64,000 nucleotides of DNA, from contig OZ247432.1 in assembly GCA_965232905.1 (NCBI GenBank), forward strand, positions 95,668 to 159,667, in the 5' to 3' direction. The translations under genes were made by a program, and so were the position numbers. Under the pieces are notes generated by a model. That model saw nothing but the letters and a program-made list of their open reading frames with translations. It had not been told where the DNA came from and made no database searches. The first letter of the stretch is position 1. Each line of letters starts with the position of its first letter. This DNA comes from Dehalococcoidia bacterium (lineage in GTDB: Bacteria; Chloroflexota; Dehalococcoidia; Lucifugimonadales; UBA1123). Below are positions 34,763 to 43,613 of the stretch, in pieces.

Positions 34763-37237
34763 CTACTGCTCGCGCGGTCCGGGACCGCCGTTGTCTTCGT
34801 CGTCCTCGTTGAAGAACTGAACATCCTGGCCTTCTGGCGCAACCGCGACCACCATGTCTCCCTCGTTCAGGCCTTCGGTTACGATGGTCCAGAAGTCATC
34901 GCTGTTGCCAAGTTTGACCGGGGTTTCAACTGACTCCTCGTTGACCATCAGGTGAACAATCGGGTTGTCGAAACTGCCACGAATGGCGTTTACGGGAATC
35001 AGGAGAACGTCCGTCTCGCGACTGAGGACGATCCTTGCCACGGCGCTCAGGCCCTCCGGCGCTTGGACGTCCTGTGGAAGCTCTATCTCAACGCGAATGG
35101 GGTAGCTGACGACGCTCTGCTGCTCCAGGGGTTCAGCTCCGACGAACGACACCTTGCCTGATATGGTCTGATCGGGCAGCGCGTCCATCTTGACCTCTGC
35201 CTCCACTCCCACCTCAATCGAGAGCACGTCTATCTCATCGACTGAGCCGTCAACCTCCACCACTCCGGTGTCCACGAGCACAGCAACCACGTCATTCGCC
35301 TCGACATCCTCACCCTCTTCGGCGTCCACGCGAGAGACGAAACCATCCGAAGGTGCCCTGAGCCCGGATGCGTCGGCAAGCCGCTCCTGGGACTCTTCCA
35401 GGAGTGTCTGAGCACTCTCCACTTTCGCGGTGAGCAGGTCAAGGTCGACGCTATCGGGGTCGTTCAGCAGCTCTTCGAGTTCTTCCTGCCTCTTTTCGAG
35501 AGCCAGTTGTGCTACGGTCGCCGCGTGCAGCGCGGTCTGATAGTCAGAACGGTCCTGCCCTGAAAGGAGCTCGGCCTGCTGTGACTTCAGGTCTTCAAGA
35601 TTGGCCCGCGCAAGCTCGACTTTGGCTGTGAGGTCGTCGGCTATGGCGGAATTCTTTAGTTCTGTCAGGTCGGCAAGGCTCTCTCTTGCCTCCGCGAAGT
35701 TCGCCCGTGCGACTTCGATCTCCACCGCCTTGGCGGCGATCTCCAGTTCGTCTATTGGGTCTGTCAGGTCTGCGAGGCTCTGCCTGGCATCATTGAGGTC
35801 TTCTTCGGCAACCCGTACGGCCGACTGCATCTGGGATCGAAAGACTGGATCCACCGGCTCTGTAAGCTCTTCGATGCGGTCTTCAGCATTCTCGATTGCA
35901 GACCGCGATGAGTCTATTCTCTCCTGAGCTGATGCGAGGGCATTGAGTGCGTCAGAGTCGGCACTGGCACTTCCATCAATGGCATCCTGGTACGCTTCGC
36001 CAGCCGTCCTGAACTCCTCTTCTATGCAGATGGTTCCGAATGGAGGAGGGTCGTTGCGCTCGCACGTTGCCTCCAGGTCCTGTCTCGAAAAGTGCAGCCA
36101 CACATGGACCTGGGACTCGTTCCATGCGGTGCCTGGATCGTCGAGCGGAATAGACTCGCCGAAGGCCAGCCCCCGTCCTCTACCATCTGGCGAGAACAGC
36201 AAATCGAGGTCGACTCCGTAGTCTGCAAACGCGACACGGTAGTCAGGGTTGAGCGAGTCAGCCGGCTGGACAATGCCCAGCCACGTGTTGAACGTGTCGG
36301 CATAGGCTTGGCCTGCATCGTTCAGCGCGTCCCGGGCTTCCCTGGTAGCGACCTCACCGCTGCGTTGAGCGACGGCATAGTCCGCCTGCGCGTTGGTGAG
36401 ATTCGTCCTGGCTGTCTCCAGGTCCTGGCGCGCGTTATCCAGGTCTCGAGAGACGTCTTCATCGTTTACGCCCGCTTCGTACTTTTCCAGAGCTTCGACA
36501 GCGTCTTCGAGGGCGACCTCAGCTCTGGCGACTCTGTCGGTCGCGTGAGCGACCTCGAGCGCAGTTGGTGAGCCTTCAAGATCAGCGAGGGCGCGTTCAG
36601 CCTCGATGACATTGCGAGCGGCCTGGGCTATGTCCAACTCTGAGGGGCTCTCCATCTCGTCAGCAAGTGCATCTTCGGCGTCTTGCAGCGCCCGTGCTGC
36701 TGCTGCGACCTGTTCCGCCATTGCTGAGAGCTGCAAGCCCGTGGGGGAGATCACGTCGTCGAGAGCCTCGGTGGCGTCATCGAGAGTGTCCTGTGCAACT
36801 GCGACCGCCTGCCTCGCTTCGGCTACGGATAGGTCAGGAGGTGAGACCAGATCGTCCAGCTCGTCCTGTGCGTCTCGTACCGCAGCACTCGCCTCAGTGA
36901 CTTCCCGTTCGAGGCGTGCGATGGTTTCGGCGTCCAGTCGAGCGATGATGTCACCCGCCGAGACGCGCTCACCCTCCTTTACCAGTACCTCCGCCACCAC
37001 GCCCTGCGACCCGAAGGTCATATTCTCCCGCTCCGGGAAGCTGATGCTGCCGCTTATTGAGATCTCGTTTACCAGGTCGCCGCGCCGTACGTTGACGAGC
37101 TGCTGGTCTTCTTCAAGCCCCGTCGTGTCTGGGCTCGTTGCATTGCGATAGGTGACGAAAGAGCCAACGACGATGACGACAAGGACAACGACCAAGGCGA
37201 TGATCTGCCATCGCCTCAGTCGGGTTAGGAATCTCAT
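34763..37237 (-). CDS. MacA/HlyD-family periplasmic adaptor with about 520-aa coiled-coil/tip insertion
   Basis: 824 aa. N-terminal TM helix. The lipoyl-like halves sit at aa 50-103 and 626-656 (LRAPSDGFVSRV), followed by beta-barrel and MP domains. Everything between the halves is heptad-like Ala/Glu/Asp-rich sequence around a roughly 100-aa non-helical segment. Confidence 0.8.
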   Translation of the reverse strand: MRFLTRLRRWQIIALVVVLVVIVVGSFVTYRNATSPDTTGLEEDQQLVNVRRGDLVNEISISGSISFPERENMTFGSQGVVAEVLVKEGERVSAGDIIARLDAETIARLEREVTEASAAVRDAQDELDDLVSPPDLSVAEARQAVAVAQDTLDDATEALDDVISPTGLQLSAMAEQVAAAARALQDAEDALADEMESPSELDIAQAARNVIEAERALADLEGSPTALEVAHATDRVARAEVALEDAVEALEKYEAGVNDEDVSRDLDNARQDLETARTNLTNAQADYAVAQRSGEVATREARDALNDAGQAYADTFNTWLGIVQPADSLNPDYRVAFADYGVDLDLLFSPDGRGRGLAFGESIPLDDPGTAWNESQVHVWLHFSRQDLEATCERNDPPPFGTICIEEEFRTAGEAYQDAIDGSASADSDALNALASAQERIDSSRSAIENAEDRIEELTEPVDPVFRSQMQSAVRVAEEDLNDARQSLADLTDPIDELEIAAKAVEIEVARANFAEARESLADLTELKNSAIADDLTAKVELARANLEDLKSQQAELLSGQDRSDYQTALHAATVAQLALEKRQEELEELLNDPDSVDLDLLTAKVESAQTLLEESQERLADASGLRAPSDGFVSRVDAEEGEDVEANDVVAVLVDTGVVEVDGSVDEIDVLSIEVGVEAEVKMDALPDQTISGKVSFVGAEPLEQQSVVSYPIRVEIELPQDVQAPEGLSAVARIVLSRETDVLLIPVNAIRGSFDNPIVHLMVNEESVETPVKLGNSDDFWTIVTEGLNEGDMVVAVAPEGQDVQFFNEDDEDNGGPGPREQ

Positions 37238-37282
37238 TGGGTGTGCGCTCCAGTACTCTGGTCGATTGGTGTTATCTGAATT

Positions 37283-38152
37283 CTACCGGCCCCGACGAGG
37301 ATGATTGACCGGAAAGACCAGGTACGGGCGACTGTCAGGCGCGGTGGTCTTCATTGCGTGGATAAGCATCCAGTACCGTAATTCTGTGCCTCTGAAGACC
37401 TGCTCCGCCCGGCGTCGGTCTTGTGGCGAGAGCCTTGAAAGTATGTGCCTAACCTTGGACCTGAATACCTCGCGGTCCTGCTCCAGACCTCGTACGAGAA
37501 GCTCGGCCCTGGTCTGCCCAATGGTTGCGGGCGGCCTTGTGGGCATCTCGACCGGATTCACGGCAACAGAGACGCCGGCATAACGCGCGCAGCGGACCAG
37601 ATTGTCGTTCATCCGCCGAACGGTAACATCGGCTCTTGTGAACTGACCTCGCTCTATAAGCTTGCCAACCTCTTTGCCCCTCACCTCGGCGAGCGCGGCC
37701 TCGAAATTCGCCCTGCCGTCGTCCGAGCGCGGGAGTCTTCCTTCGACGTTCTCCTTGGCGGTCTTCACCCAGTAGAGAGGCTCTCCCGGGACGGATTCGG
37801 ACGACGCGGCAGTAGCTACGCCTGCTCCCATTACGAACACCAGTATGGACGCCAGGCCAACTGCAATCGGACGGGCCACAGGGAGCCATCTGAATTGGAA
37901 CCACGACATCCTGCGTCTGGGTCTGGAGGACCGCTGCTGAACTGCCTCGGAGAATCTGAGGAAGTTGCGATCTCTGGCCTGAGGATCGGGCCTGACTTCT
38001 TCAGCCGCATTGATCGTCGCAAGGGCAACGTGAAGTAGAGGCTCCAGTTCGCCGGCCTGCTGAGGGTAGCGACGAAGACAATCGTGAATGTCCTCGCCCT
38101 TTACAAGTCGGTCGAGGCAGTCGTTAAGTGCTTCGCTGAACTCCTGGCTCAT
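37283..38152 (-). CDS. membrane-anchored anti-sigma-like protein (DUF5667-type extracytoplasmic domain)
   Basis: 289 aa. Cytoplasmic N-terminal helix bundle, one TM helix (IAVGLASILVFVMGAGVA), then PGEPLYWVKTAKENV, which is typical of DUF5667. Lies 31 nt downstream of the ECF sigma gene. Confidence 0.6.
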   Translation of the reverse strand: MSQEFSEALNDCLDRLVKGEDIHDCLRRYPQQAGELEPLLHVALATINAAEEVRPDPQARDRNFLRFSEAVQQRSSRPRRRMSWFQFRWLPVARPIAVGLASILVFVMGAGVATAASSESVPGEPLYWVKTAKENVEGRLPRSDDGRANFEAALAEVRGKEVGKLIERGQFTRADVTVRRMNDNLVRCARYAGVSVAVNPVEMPTRPPATIGQTRAELLVRGLEQDREVFRSKVRHILSRLSPQDRRRAEQVFRGTELRYWMLIHAMKTTAPDSRPYLVFPVNHPRRGR

Positions 38153-38183
38153 CTCGCACCTCTCGGATTAGAAAGGCAACCGG

Positions 38184-38783
38184 TCATAGCTCGGGCTCCG
38201 GTGTCACTACTGCAAATGGGCCCGGATTGGTCATCAGATTCCTCAGCTTTCGAATGCCGGCGTGTTGGAGCGCCTTGACGGCGTTATCCTTTCTGCCAAC
38301 TGCATCGGCAGTCTCGGCTATCGAGAGGCCGGCCACGAAACGCAGCGTAATGACCTCGCGCTGGAGGTCTGTGAGGCTGGTCATCGCTTCAACGACCTCG
38401 CCCATACTCCAGCTTATCTGGGCCTGGTTTTCCATCTCTCCATCTTTTTCACTTGAGAAGTGCAGCACCTTGTCCAGGGGAACAGTAGGCTTTCTACCCT
38501 TGCGCCGGAAGTTGTCGACCACAAGGTTGTGTGCGATGCGATACAGCCACGACGTGAATGGAAATCCCTGGAACTTGAACTTGTCTATCGACTCCAGCAT
38601 TCTCAGGAACACCTCTCCTGTGAGGTCCTCCGCCTCGAGCCTGTTGCCGCACTTGAATGAGACGTACCTGAAGATCTGGTCGTAGTATCTTTCGTATAGT
38701 TCGGCAAACGCCGATTGGTCACCCGCCTGAGCGCGCCTGACGATGTCTTCGACGATCTCGCGATTCGCCTGCTTCTCTTGCAT
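38184..38783 (-). CDS. ECF-type (group 4) sigma-70 family sigma factor
   Basis: Start taken as ATG 38783 (MQEKQANREIV...). Region 2 is FRYVSFKCGNRLEAEDLTGEVFLRM...WLYRIAHNLVVD. Region 4 is LTDLQREVITLRFVAGLSIAETA. The ORF-track GTG at 38843 has no SD. Confidence 0.85.
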   Translation of the reverse strand: MQEKQANREIVEDIVRRAQAGDQSAFAELYERYYDQIFRYVSFKCGNRLEAEDLTGEVFLRMLESIDKFKFQGFPFTSWLYRIAHNLVVDNFRRKGRKPTVPLDKVLHFSSEKDGEMENQAQISWSMGEVVEAMTSLTDLQREVITLRFVAGLSIAETADAVGRKDNAVKALQHAGIRKLRNLMTNPGPFAVVTPEPEL

Positions 38784-39062
38784 TGCTACCTTGGATCCTG
38801 GTGGGAGCTGCCGCAGCGAAGGCACACTTCGACATGCGCTCACCTGCTGTAACGTGGTGGCCCGGTGTTAGGTTAGTTGATTGGATGCACCAGGCACCTG
38901 AGGAGATTTTAGCTGAACTGAGCGGTTGACGCCCTGCGAATGTAGCGTGTTGTCTGTGCCAGCTTGGTGTTTGGGACTGTCAATCGTGCTAACATTGCGC
39001 CGTTGGCCGATTTGTTACGATGAGCCGGTCTGAGCCAACTGTACAGGATTGAAGGGTAGGAC

Positions 39063-40571
39063 TTGAGCATACTTTCGGCGCTTAGGCCGTTGGTGCACAG
39101 CAGGAGCCGCAAGGAGACGCTTCTCGCGTTGACTGCGGCCTACATGCTCGTCCAGCTCTCGAGTCTACCAGTCGCAATCGCGCTTCCAACCCTCGCCAAG
39201 GCTTTCGATACAGGTGTCGACGATGCCGCGTGGATAGTCATCATCTACCTGATGATGCTTGGGGCATTCGTGCTACTTGGCGCTCGAATGGGGGACAGGT
39301 ACGGACATGCCCGGGTCTTCTTCCTGGGCATCATACTGTCCACTGCCGGATCGGGGATGATTGCGCTCTCACAGGAGCTATGGCACATAGTCGCCTGGCG
39401 TGCGGTTGCGGGACTAGGCTCAGCCATGGTGATGGGCAACGCTAACGCGATTCTTGCCGCCAACTTTGGCCCCAACGAGCGCGGACGGGCATTCGCGGTG
39501 CCTATCATCGGCGCGCGGTTCGGTACGCTAATCGGCCTTGCCTTCTTTGGAGTGATGCTCCAGTTCGTCAGCTGGCAAATGGTGTTCTTGTCGTTCGTCC
39601 CACTTGGGCTTCTCTCTATCGTGGCGTGCATTCCAATGGTGCGCAGCCAGGCCACCGTTAAATCCGAGCGCGATGACGGCCCGATAGACTGGCTTGGCGG
39701 CGTGCTGTTGGTAGCTGCCGGTGTGGTGCTGGTGCTGTCCGGGTCGCACCTCCATTCGGGCGAGGAGTCTTACGTATCCTCCGATGCGCTGTCTTACCAC
39801 CTGCCGATGCACTTCCTGTTTATTCTGATGCTGGGTGTGTTCTTCCTGGTCGAGCGTAAGGTGTCGAATCCCATAGTGGATGTTCGCCACTTCAAAGAAG
39901 GCCCGTTCTCCCTGTCGCTGGCCACGAACGTCACTTACCACTTTTCCATGCTGGCGACGATGACTTTGGTGCCTATCCTTGTTGAAGAAGGATTCGGTAT
40001 GGCGCCCCTGTATGTGACCGTCGTGCTGCTTCCCAGCCAGACGCTCGGGTTATTCATGCCGATGGTTGCCGGGTGGGTTTACGACAGGTACCAGCCCAGG
40101 CTTATGCGGCCTATCATGTTGATTGTGATCGCGGGCGGTTTCCTGGTCCTGAGCTTCGCAGCTTCTCAAATCCCATTCTGGGCTCTGCCCCTGCTCATGA
40201 TCCCAATTTCGGTGGGAACGAACATGTTTAATCCCATAAACAACGCAACTGTGATGAACTCACTTCCGTTGCAGCATCGCGGTGTTGCATCAGGGATGAT
40301 GGAGACGACACGCGAGATGGGCCACGCCCTCGGTGCGACGACAGCCGCCGCCATGCTCGCCCTCGCGTTGCCAACTGGTGTCTCCTTGCTCTCGGAGGCC
40401 AGTGCACAGGGCTTCTACATTCAGGGTTTCCAGCTGTCCAGTCTGATGGTTGTTTTCGTATTGTGCTTCGGAGCGCTGCTGGCGTTCTTCCACCGCGCGC
40501 CGACGTTTGGAAGACCACCGGCTCCGAGTCGGCCGGTGGAGGGCGCCGCGTCGACGGCGGGCGGCGACTGA
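39063..40571 (+). CDS. MFS transporter, 14-TM DHA2 (EmrB/QacA)-like drug:H+ antiporter
   Basis: 502 aa (TTG start). It has GARMGDRYGHARVF (motif A-like) and about 14 hydrophobic spans. Confidence 0.8.
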   Translation: MSILSALRPLVHSRSRKETLLALTAAYMLVQLSSLPVAIALPTLAKAFDTGVDDAAWIVIIYLMMLGAFVLLGARMGDRYGHARVFFLGIILSTAGSGMIALSQELWHIVAWRAVAGLGSAMVMGNANAILAANFGPNERGRAFAVPIIGARFGTLIGLAFFGVMLQFVSWQMVFLSFVPLGLLSIVACIPMVRSQATVKSERDDGPIDWLGGVLLVAAGVVLVLSGSHLHSGEESYVSSDALSYHLPMHFLFILMLGVFFLVERKVSNPIVDVRHFKEGPFSLSLATNVTYHFSMLATMTLVPILVEEGFGMAPLYVTVVLLPSQTLGLFMPMVAGWVYDRYQPRLMRPIMLIVIAGGFLVLSFAASQIPFWALPLLMIPISVGTNMFNPINNATVMNSLPLQHRGVASGMMETTREMGHALGATTAAAMLALALPTGVSLLSEASAQGFYIQGFQLSSLMVVFVLCFGALLAFFHRAPTFGRPPAPSRPVEGAASTAGGD

Positions 40572-40614
40572 GGGAAGCGCCCGTGCCGTCCCGCTGGACC
40601 TCGGCGGACCAGAT

Positions 40615-41652
40615 ATGAAGACTTCAGACTTCGACTACTACCTGCCTCCAGAGTTGATCGCCCAGAAGCCCGTTGAGCCGCGAGACCACTCGCGCCTGAT
40701 GCTTCTGAATCGAAAGACTGGTCACACAACTCACAGGATGTTCTACGATCTACCAGACTCGCTATGTGAAGGCGATCTTCTCGTATTCAATGACAGCAGG
40801 GTCTTTCCGGCGCGTCTTTACGGGAGATCAGAGACGTCTGGTCGTGACATCGAGCTGCTGCTGCTGTCACGCACTGGCAATGGCGAATGGAGGGCGCTTG
40901 TGAAGCCGGGTCGCCGGTTGCGCACCGGGGCACGCTTCGTTGTGTCCGGGAAAGACGGTAGGGGAGAGACGACCGGGGAGGTCGTAGACATGGAGCCTGC
41001 CGGGTCGAGACTGGTGCGATTCGAGTCAGAGCCGGACCTGATGAAGATCGGTCACATTCCTCTGCCGCCGTACATACACGAGGAGTTGCAGAACAGCGAC
41101 CGCTATCAGACCGTGTACTCTGACGCTGAGGGAAGCGTGGCCGCACCAACCGCCGGACTTCACTTCAGCGATTCGCTGCTTGAACGTCTGGATGATATGG
41201 GAGTGAGGCGAGCATTCGTCACTCTTCACGTAGGATGGGACTCGTTCAGACCTGTCACGTCCGAAGACCCTTTTGATCACGACATGCACGCTGAGCAGTG
41301 GGAACTGTCGAGTGAGGCCGCGGACGAGATAAACTCGGCACGAGCCGAGAATCGCCGGATTATCTCCGTCGGGACCACAGCAGTTAGACTCCTGGAAAAC
41401 GCGGCGCTCGTGAATGACAGTACGGATCAGTTGGTAACTCCCGGGGCAGGGTGGGTCGACCTGTTTATATCGCCTGGCTTCGAGTTCAGGGTGATAGACG
41501 GACTCGTGACGAATTTCCATCTGCCCAAGTCGACTCTGCTAATGCTCGTGTCAGCCTTCGCCAGCAGAGAAATCATCCTGAACGCCTACGAGGCTGCTGT
41601 CAGTGAGAGATACCGGTTCTACAGCTTCGGCGACGCGATGCTGATCCATTGA
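40615..41652 (+). CDS. queA: S-adenosylmethionine:tRNA ribosyltransferase-isomerase
   Basis: Start moved to ATG 40615. MKTSDFDYYLPPELIAQKPVEPRDHSRLMLL and GTTAVRLLE are QueA hallmarks. The ORF-track extension overlaps the MFS gene. Confidence 0.93.
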   Translation: MKTSDFDYYLPPELIAQKPVEPRDHSRLMLLNRKTGHTTHRMFYDLPDSLCEGDLLVFNDSRVFPARLYGRSETSGRDIELLLLSRTGNGEWRALVKPGRRLRTGARFVVSGKDGRGETTGEVVDMEPAGSRLVRFESEPDLMKIGHIPLPPYIHEELQNSDRYQTVYSDAEGSVAAPTAGLHFSDSLLERLDDMGVRRAFVTLHVGWDSFRPVTSEDPFDHDMHAEQWELSSEAADEINSARAENRRIISVGTTAVRLLENAALVNDSTDQLVTPGAGWVDLFISPGFEFRVIDGLVTNFHLPKSTLLMLVSAFASREIILNAYEAAVSERYRFYSFGDAMLIH

Positions 41653-41660
41653 TGAGATAG

Positions 41661-42611
41661 ATGTTCACAGCGACTCACACATTCAGGCCACAGCCTCCGT
41701 ACGACTTCAACGCCTCAGCGAGTTTCGCGGTATATGGCCGGAGCAGATACGCCGCCGACACGTTAGTCGATGGTGTGTTCTCGAGAGGACTGGAGATTGG
41801 TGGAAAGTCGGTAGCATTCAGCGTCCGATCCACTGGTGAGATCGAACGACCGGAGTTAGAGGTCACGCTTGCCGGTGACGTGCTGACCTACGAGGAGCAG
41901 TCGAGTGTCGTTGATGTCGCGGCCAGGTCTGTCGGCGCTCACGGCAATCTTCACGGCTTCTACGAGTCGCTGGATACGGATGACCCGATGACTGATTTTG
42001 CGACTCAGTTTCGAGGTCTTGGGATTCCGCAGGCCGTGTCGCCGTTCGAGGGGCTCGTTTCGTCCATCCTGGGTCAGCAGATCAGCAACGAGGTCGCCCG
42101 TGTGCTAAGGGACCTGCTCGTGGACACGCTCGGAAGGGCGGTTTCAGCAGGTGGCTCGGACTGCCGCCTATTTCCTTCGCCGATGGCGATCGCAGAGGCT
42201 GGCACTGATGCGTTGCGTGGGATCAAGTTCAGCGCGAGGAAGGCCGAGTACGTCGTCGACATCTCGGAGAGTGTGGCTTCTGGAGACCTCGACCTGGACG
42301 CGATGGCTGACCTGCCGGACGAGTCTATTGTCGAGGAACTCGTCAAGCTTAGGGGCGTGGGCCCTTGGACGGCCCACTGGCTCCTGATTCGCGCATTCGA
42401 CCGCCCGGACGGCTTCCCGGAAGGCGACCTCGCCGTTCAGCGATCTCTCGGATCGCTCTACAATGGGGGTGAGCGTCTGACCCCGAAGGAGGCTGTCGAA
42501 CTCTCGGCCCGATGGCGTCCGTTCAGAAGCTATCTCGTGACTTACATGTTTGCCGCAGCCCGTAATGGTCTGATTCAGGGGAGTCGACCCGGTCGGGCTA
42601 TTGGCCCTTAG
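41661..42611 (+). CDS. HhH-GPD DNA glycosylase (AlkA-like 3-methyladenine DNA glycosylase II)
   Basis: 316 aa. LVKLRGVGPWTAHWLLIRAF...FPEGDLAVQRSL is a helix-hairpin-helix plus catalytic Asp. Confidence 0.8.
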   Translation: MFTATHTFRPQPPYDFNASASFAVYGRSRYAADTLVDGVFSRGLEIGGKSVAFSVRSTGEIERPELEVTLAGDVLTYEEQSSVVDVAARSVGAHGNLHGFYESLDTDDPMTDFATQFRGLGIPQAVSPFEGLVSSILGQQISNEVARVLRDLLVDTLGRAVSAGGSDCRLFPSPMAIAEAGTDALRGIKFSARKAEYVVDISESVASGDLDLDAMADLPDESIVEELVKLRGVGPWTAHWLLIRAFDRPDGFPEGDLAVQRSLGSLYNGGERLTPKEAVELSARWRPFRSYLVTYMFAAARNGLIQGSRPGRAIGP

Positions 42612-42631
42612 AATACTGAGAGGAGTTTTCG

Positions 42632-43501
42632 ATGTCAGGTGTGTACCCGGAAGACAAGTGGGTGTTCGTAAATGGCCTGTGGCTTCACTACCTGGACTGG
42701 GGCGGTGACAGGACGAAGAAGCCCCTGATACTGATGCACGGCATCGGAGGACATGCGCACCAGTTCGACGAGTTCGCCCCTCACATGACTGACAAGTGGC
42801 ATGTGGTCGCCTTGGACGCTCGAGGGTGTGGCGACAGCGACTGGAGCCGTGAAGGCTACTCAGCCCAGTCGTTCGCAACCGACGTTGGGCTGTTCGCCCA
42901 GGCTACCGGGCTGTATCCGTTCGACTACTACGGGCACTCGCAGGGCTCCAGGATGGGGATGCCACTTGGAGCATACTACGGGCATCTCATCGATGGCCTG
43001 GTACTGGGTGACTACGGCCCCATGCCTGACCCGTCTCCGGCCGGAAGACAGACCGCGGCGTCTCGTATGCAGAGCGGTAACCGGGAGCGCCCCAGGGGCT
43101 TCTTCAGTGACCAGATGGCGTTCGACTGGCACCGTGAAGACGACCAAGAGGCCAGCGACGACAAGATATGGGCGACTGTCAGGCACACGTACCGCACAAA
43201 CTGGGATGGCATTCTCGTGCCGAAGACCGATCCTGAGATGAGATGGCTGCTGGGCAGGACTGCGCTCAAAGAGGGCCCTTTCATGTGGGACTGTGTCGCG
43301 AAGATCAGATGCCGTACGTTGGTGCTACGGGGAGAGGTAAGTGCAGTGCTGGACGAGCCGCAGGCCCGTAAGATGGTGGCTACGATTCCAGACGGAAATG
43401 GAACATTCGGCGAGATCCCAGGTGTGGGGCACGGCCTCCACAACGAAGACATGGAAGCAACGGTAGGGATCATCCGGGAATTCTTCGAGGAAGGCGAGTA
43501 G
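42632..43501 (+). CDS. alpha/beta-fold hydrolase
   Basis: 289 aa. LILMHGIGGHAHQF, nucleophile elbow GHSQGS, and a C-terminal GVGHGLHNED. Confidence 0.85.
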   Translation: MSGVYPEDKWVFVNGLWLHYLDWGGDRTKKPLILMHGIGGHAHQFDEFAPHMTDKWHVVALDARGCGDSDWSREGYSAQSFATDVGLFAQATGLYPFDYYGHSQGSRMGMPLGAYYGHLIDGLVLGDYGPMPDPSPAGRQTAASRMQSGNRERPRGFFSDQMAFDWHREDDQEASDDKIWATVRHTYRTNWDGILVPKTDPEMRWLLGRTALKEGPFMWDCVAKIRCRTLVLRGEVSAVLDEPQARKMVATIPDGNGTFGEIPGVGHGLHNEDMEATVGIIREFFEEGE

Positions 43502-43613
43502 TTCGAACTGGCCTGTTCTCGCTCTCTAACTTGACCGCTTTCAGGACTTCTGGATACCATCTTCGGAACTTCCACACTTAGAGGTTCAGCGCACAGAGAA
43601 TACCGAGGAAGCA

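Noticed and set aside
38784-39062. Searched for a canonical ECF promoter (GGAAC-N16/17-CGT) upstream of the ECF sigma gene.
   Set aside because: The only AAC...CGTT pair (around 38850..38875) has a spacer of about 12 nt, which is too short. No promoter call was made.
40450-40614. 55-codon Arg-rich extension at the 5' end of the queA ORF.
   Set aside because: It overlaps the 3' end of the MFS gene. The conserved QueA N-terminus (MKTSDFDYYLPPELIAQ) begins at ATG 40615.
42168-42878. 236-aa minus-strand ORF spanning the glycosylase/hydrolase junction.
   Set aside because: It is Arg/Ser/Thr-rich shadow-frame sequence antisense to two motif-supported genes.
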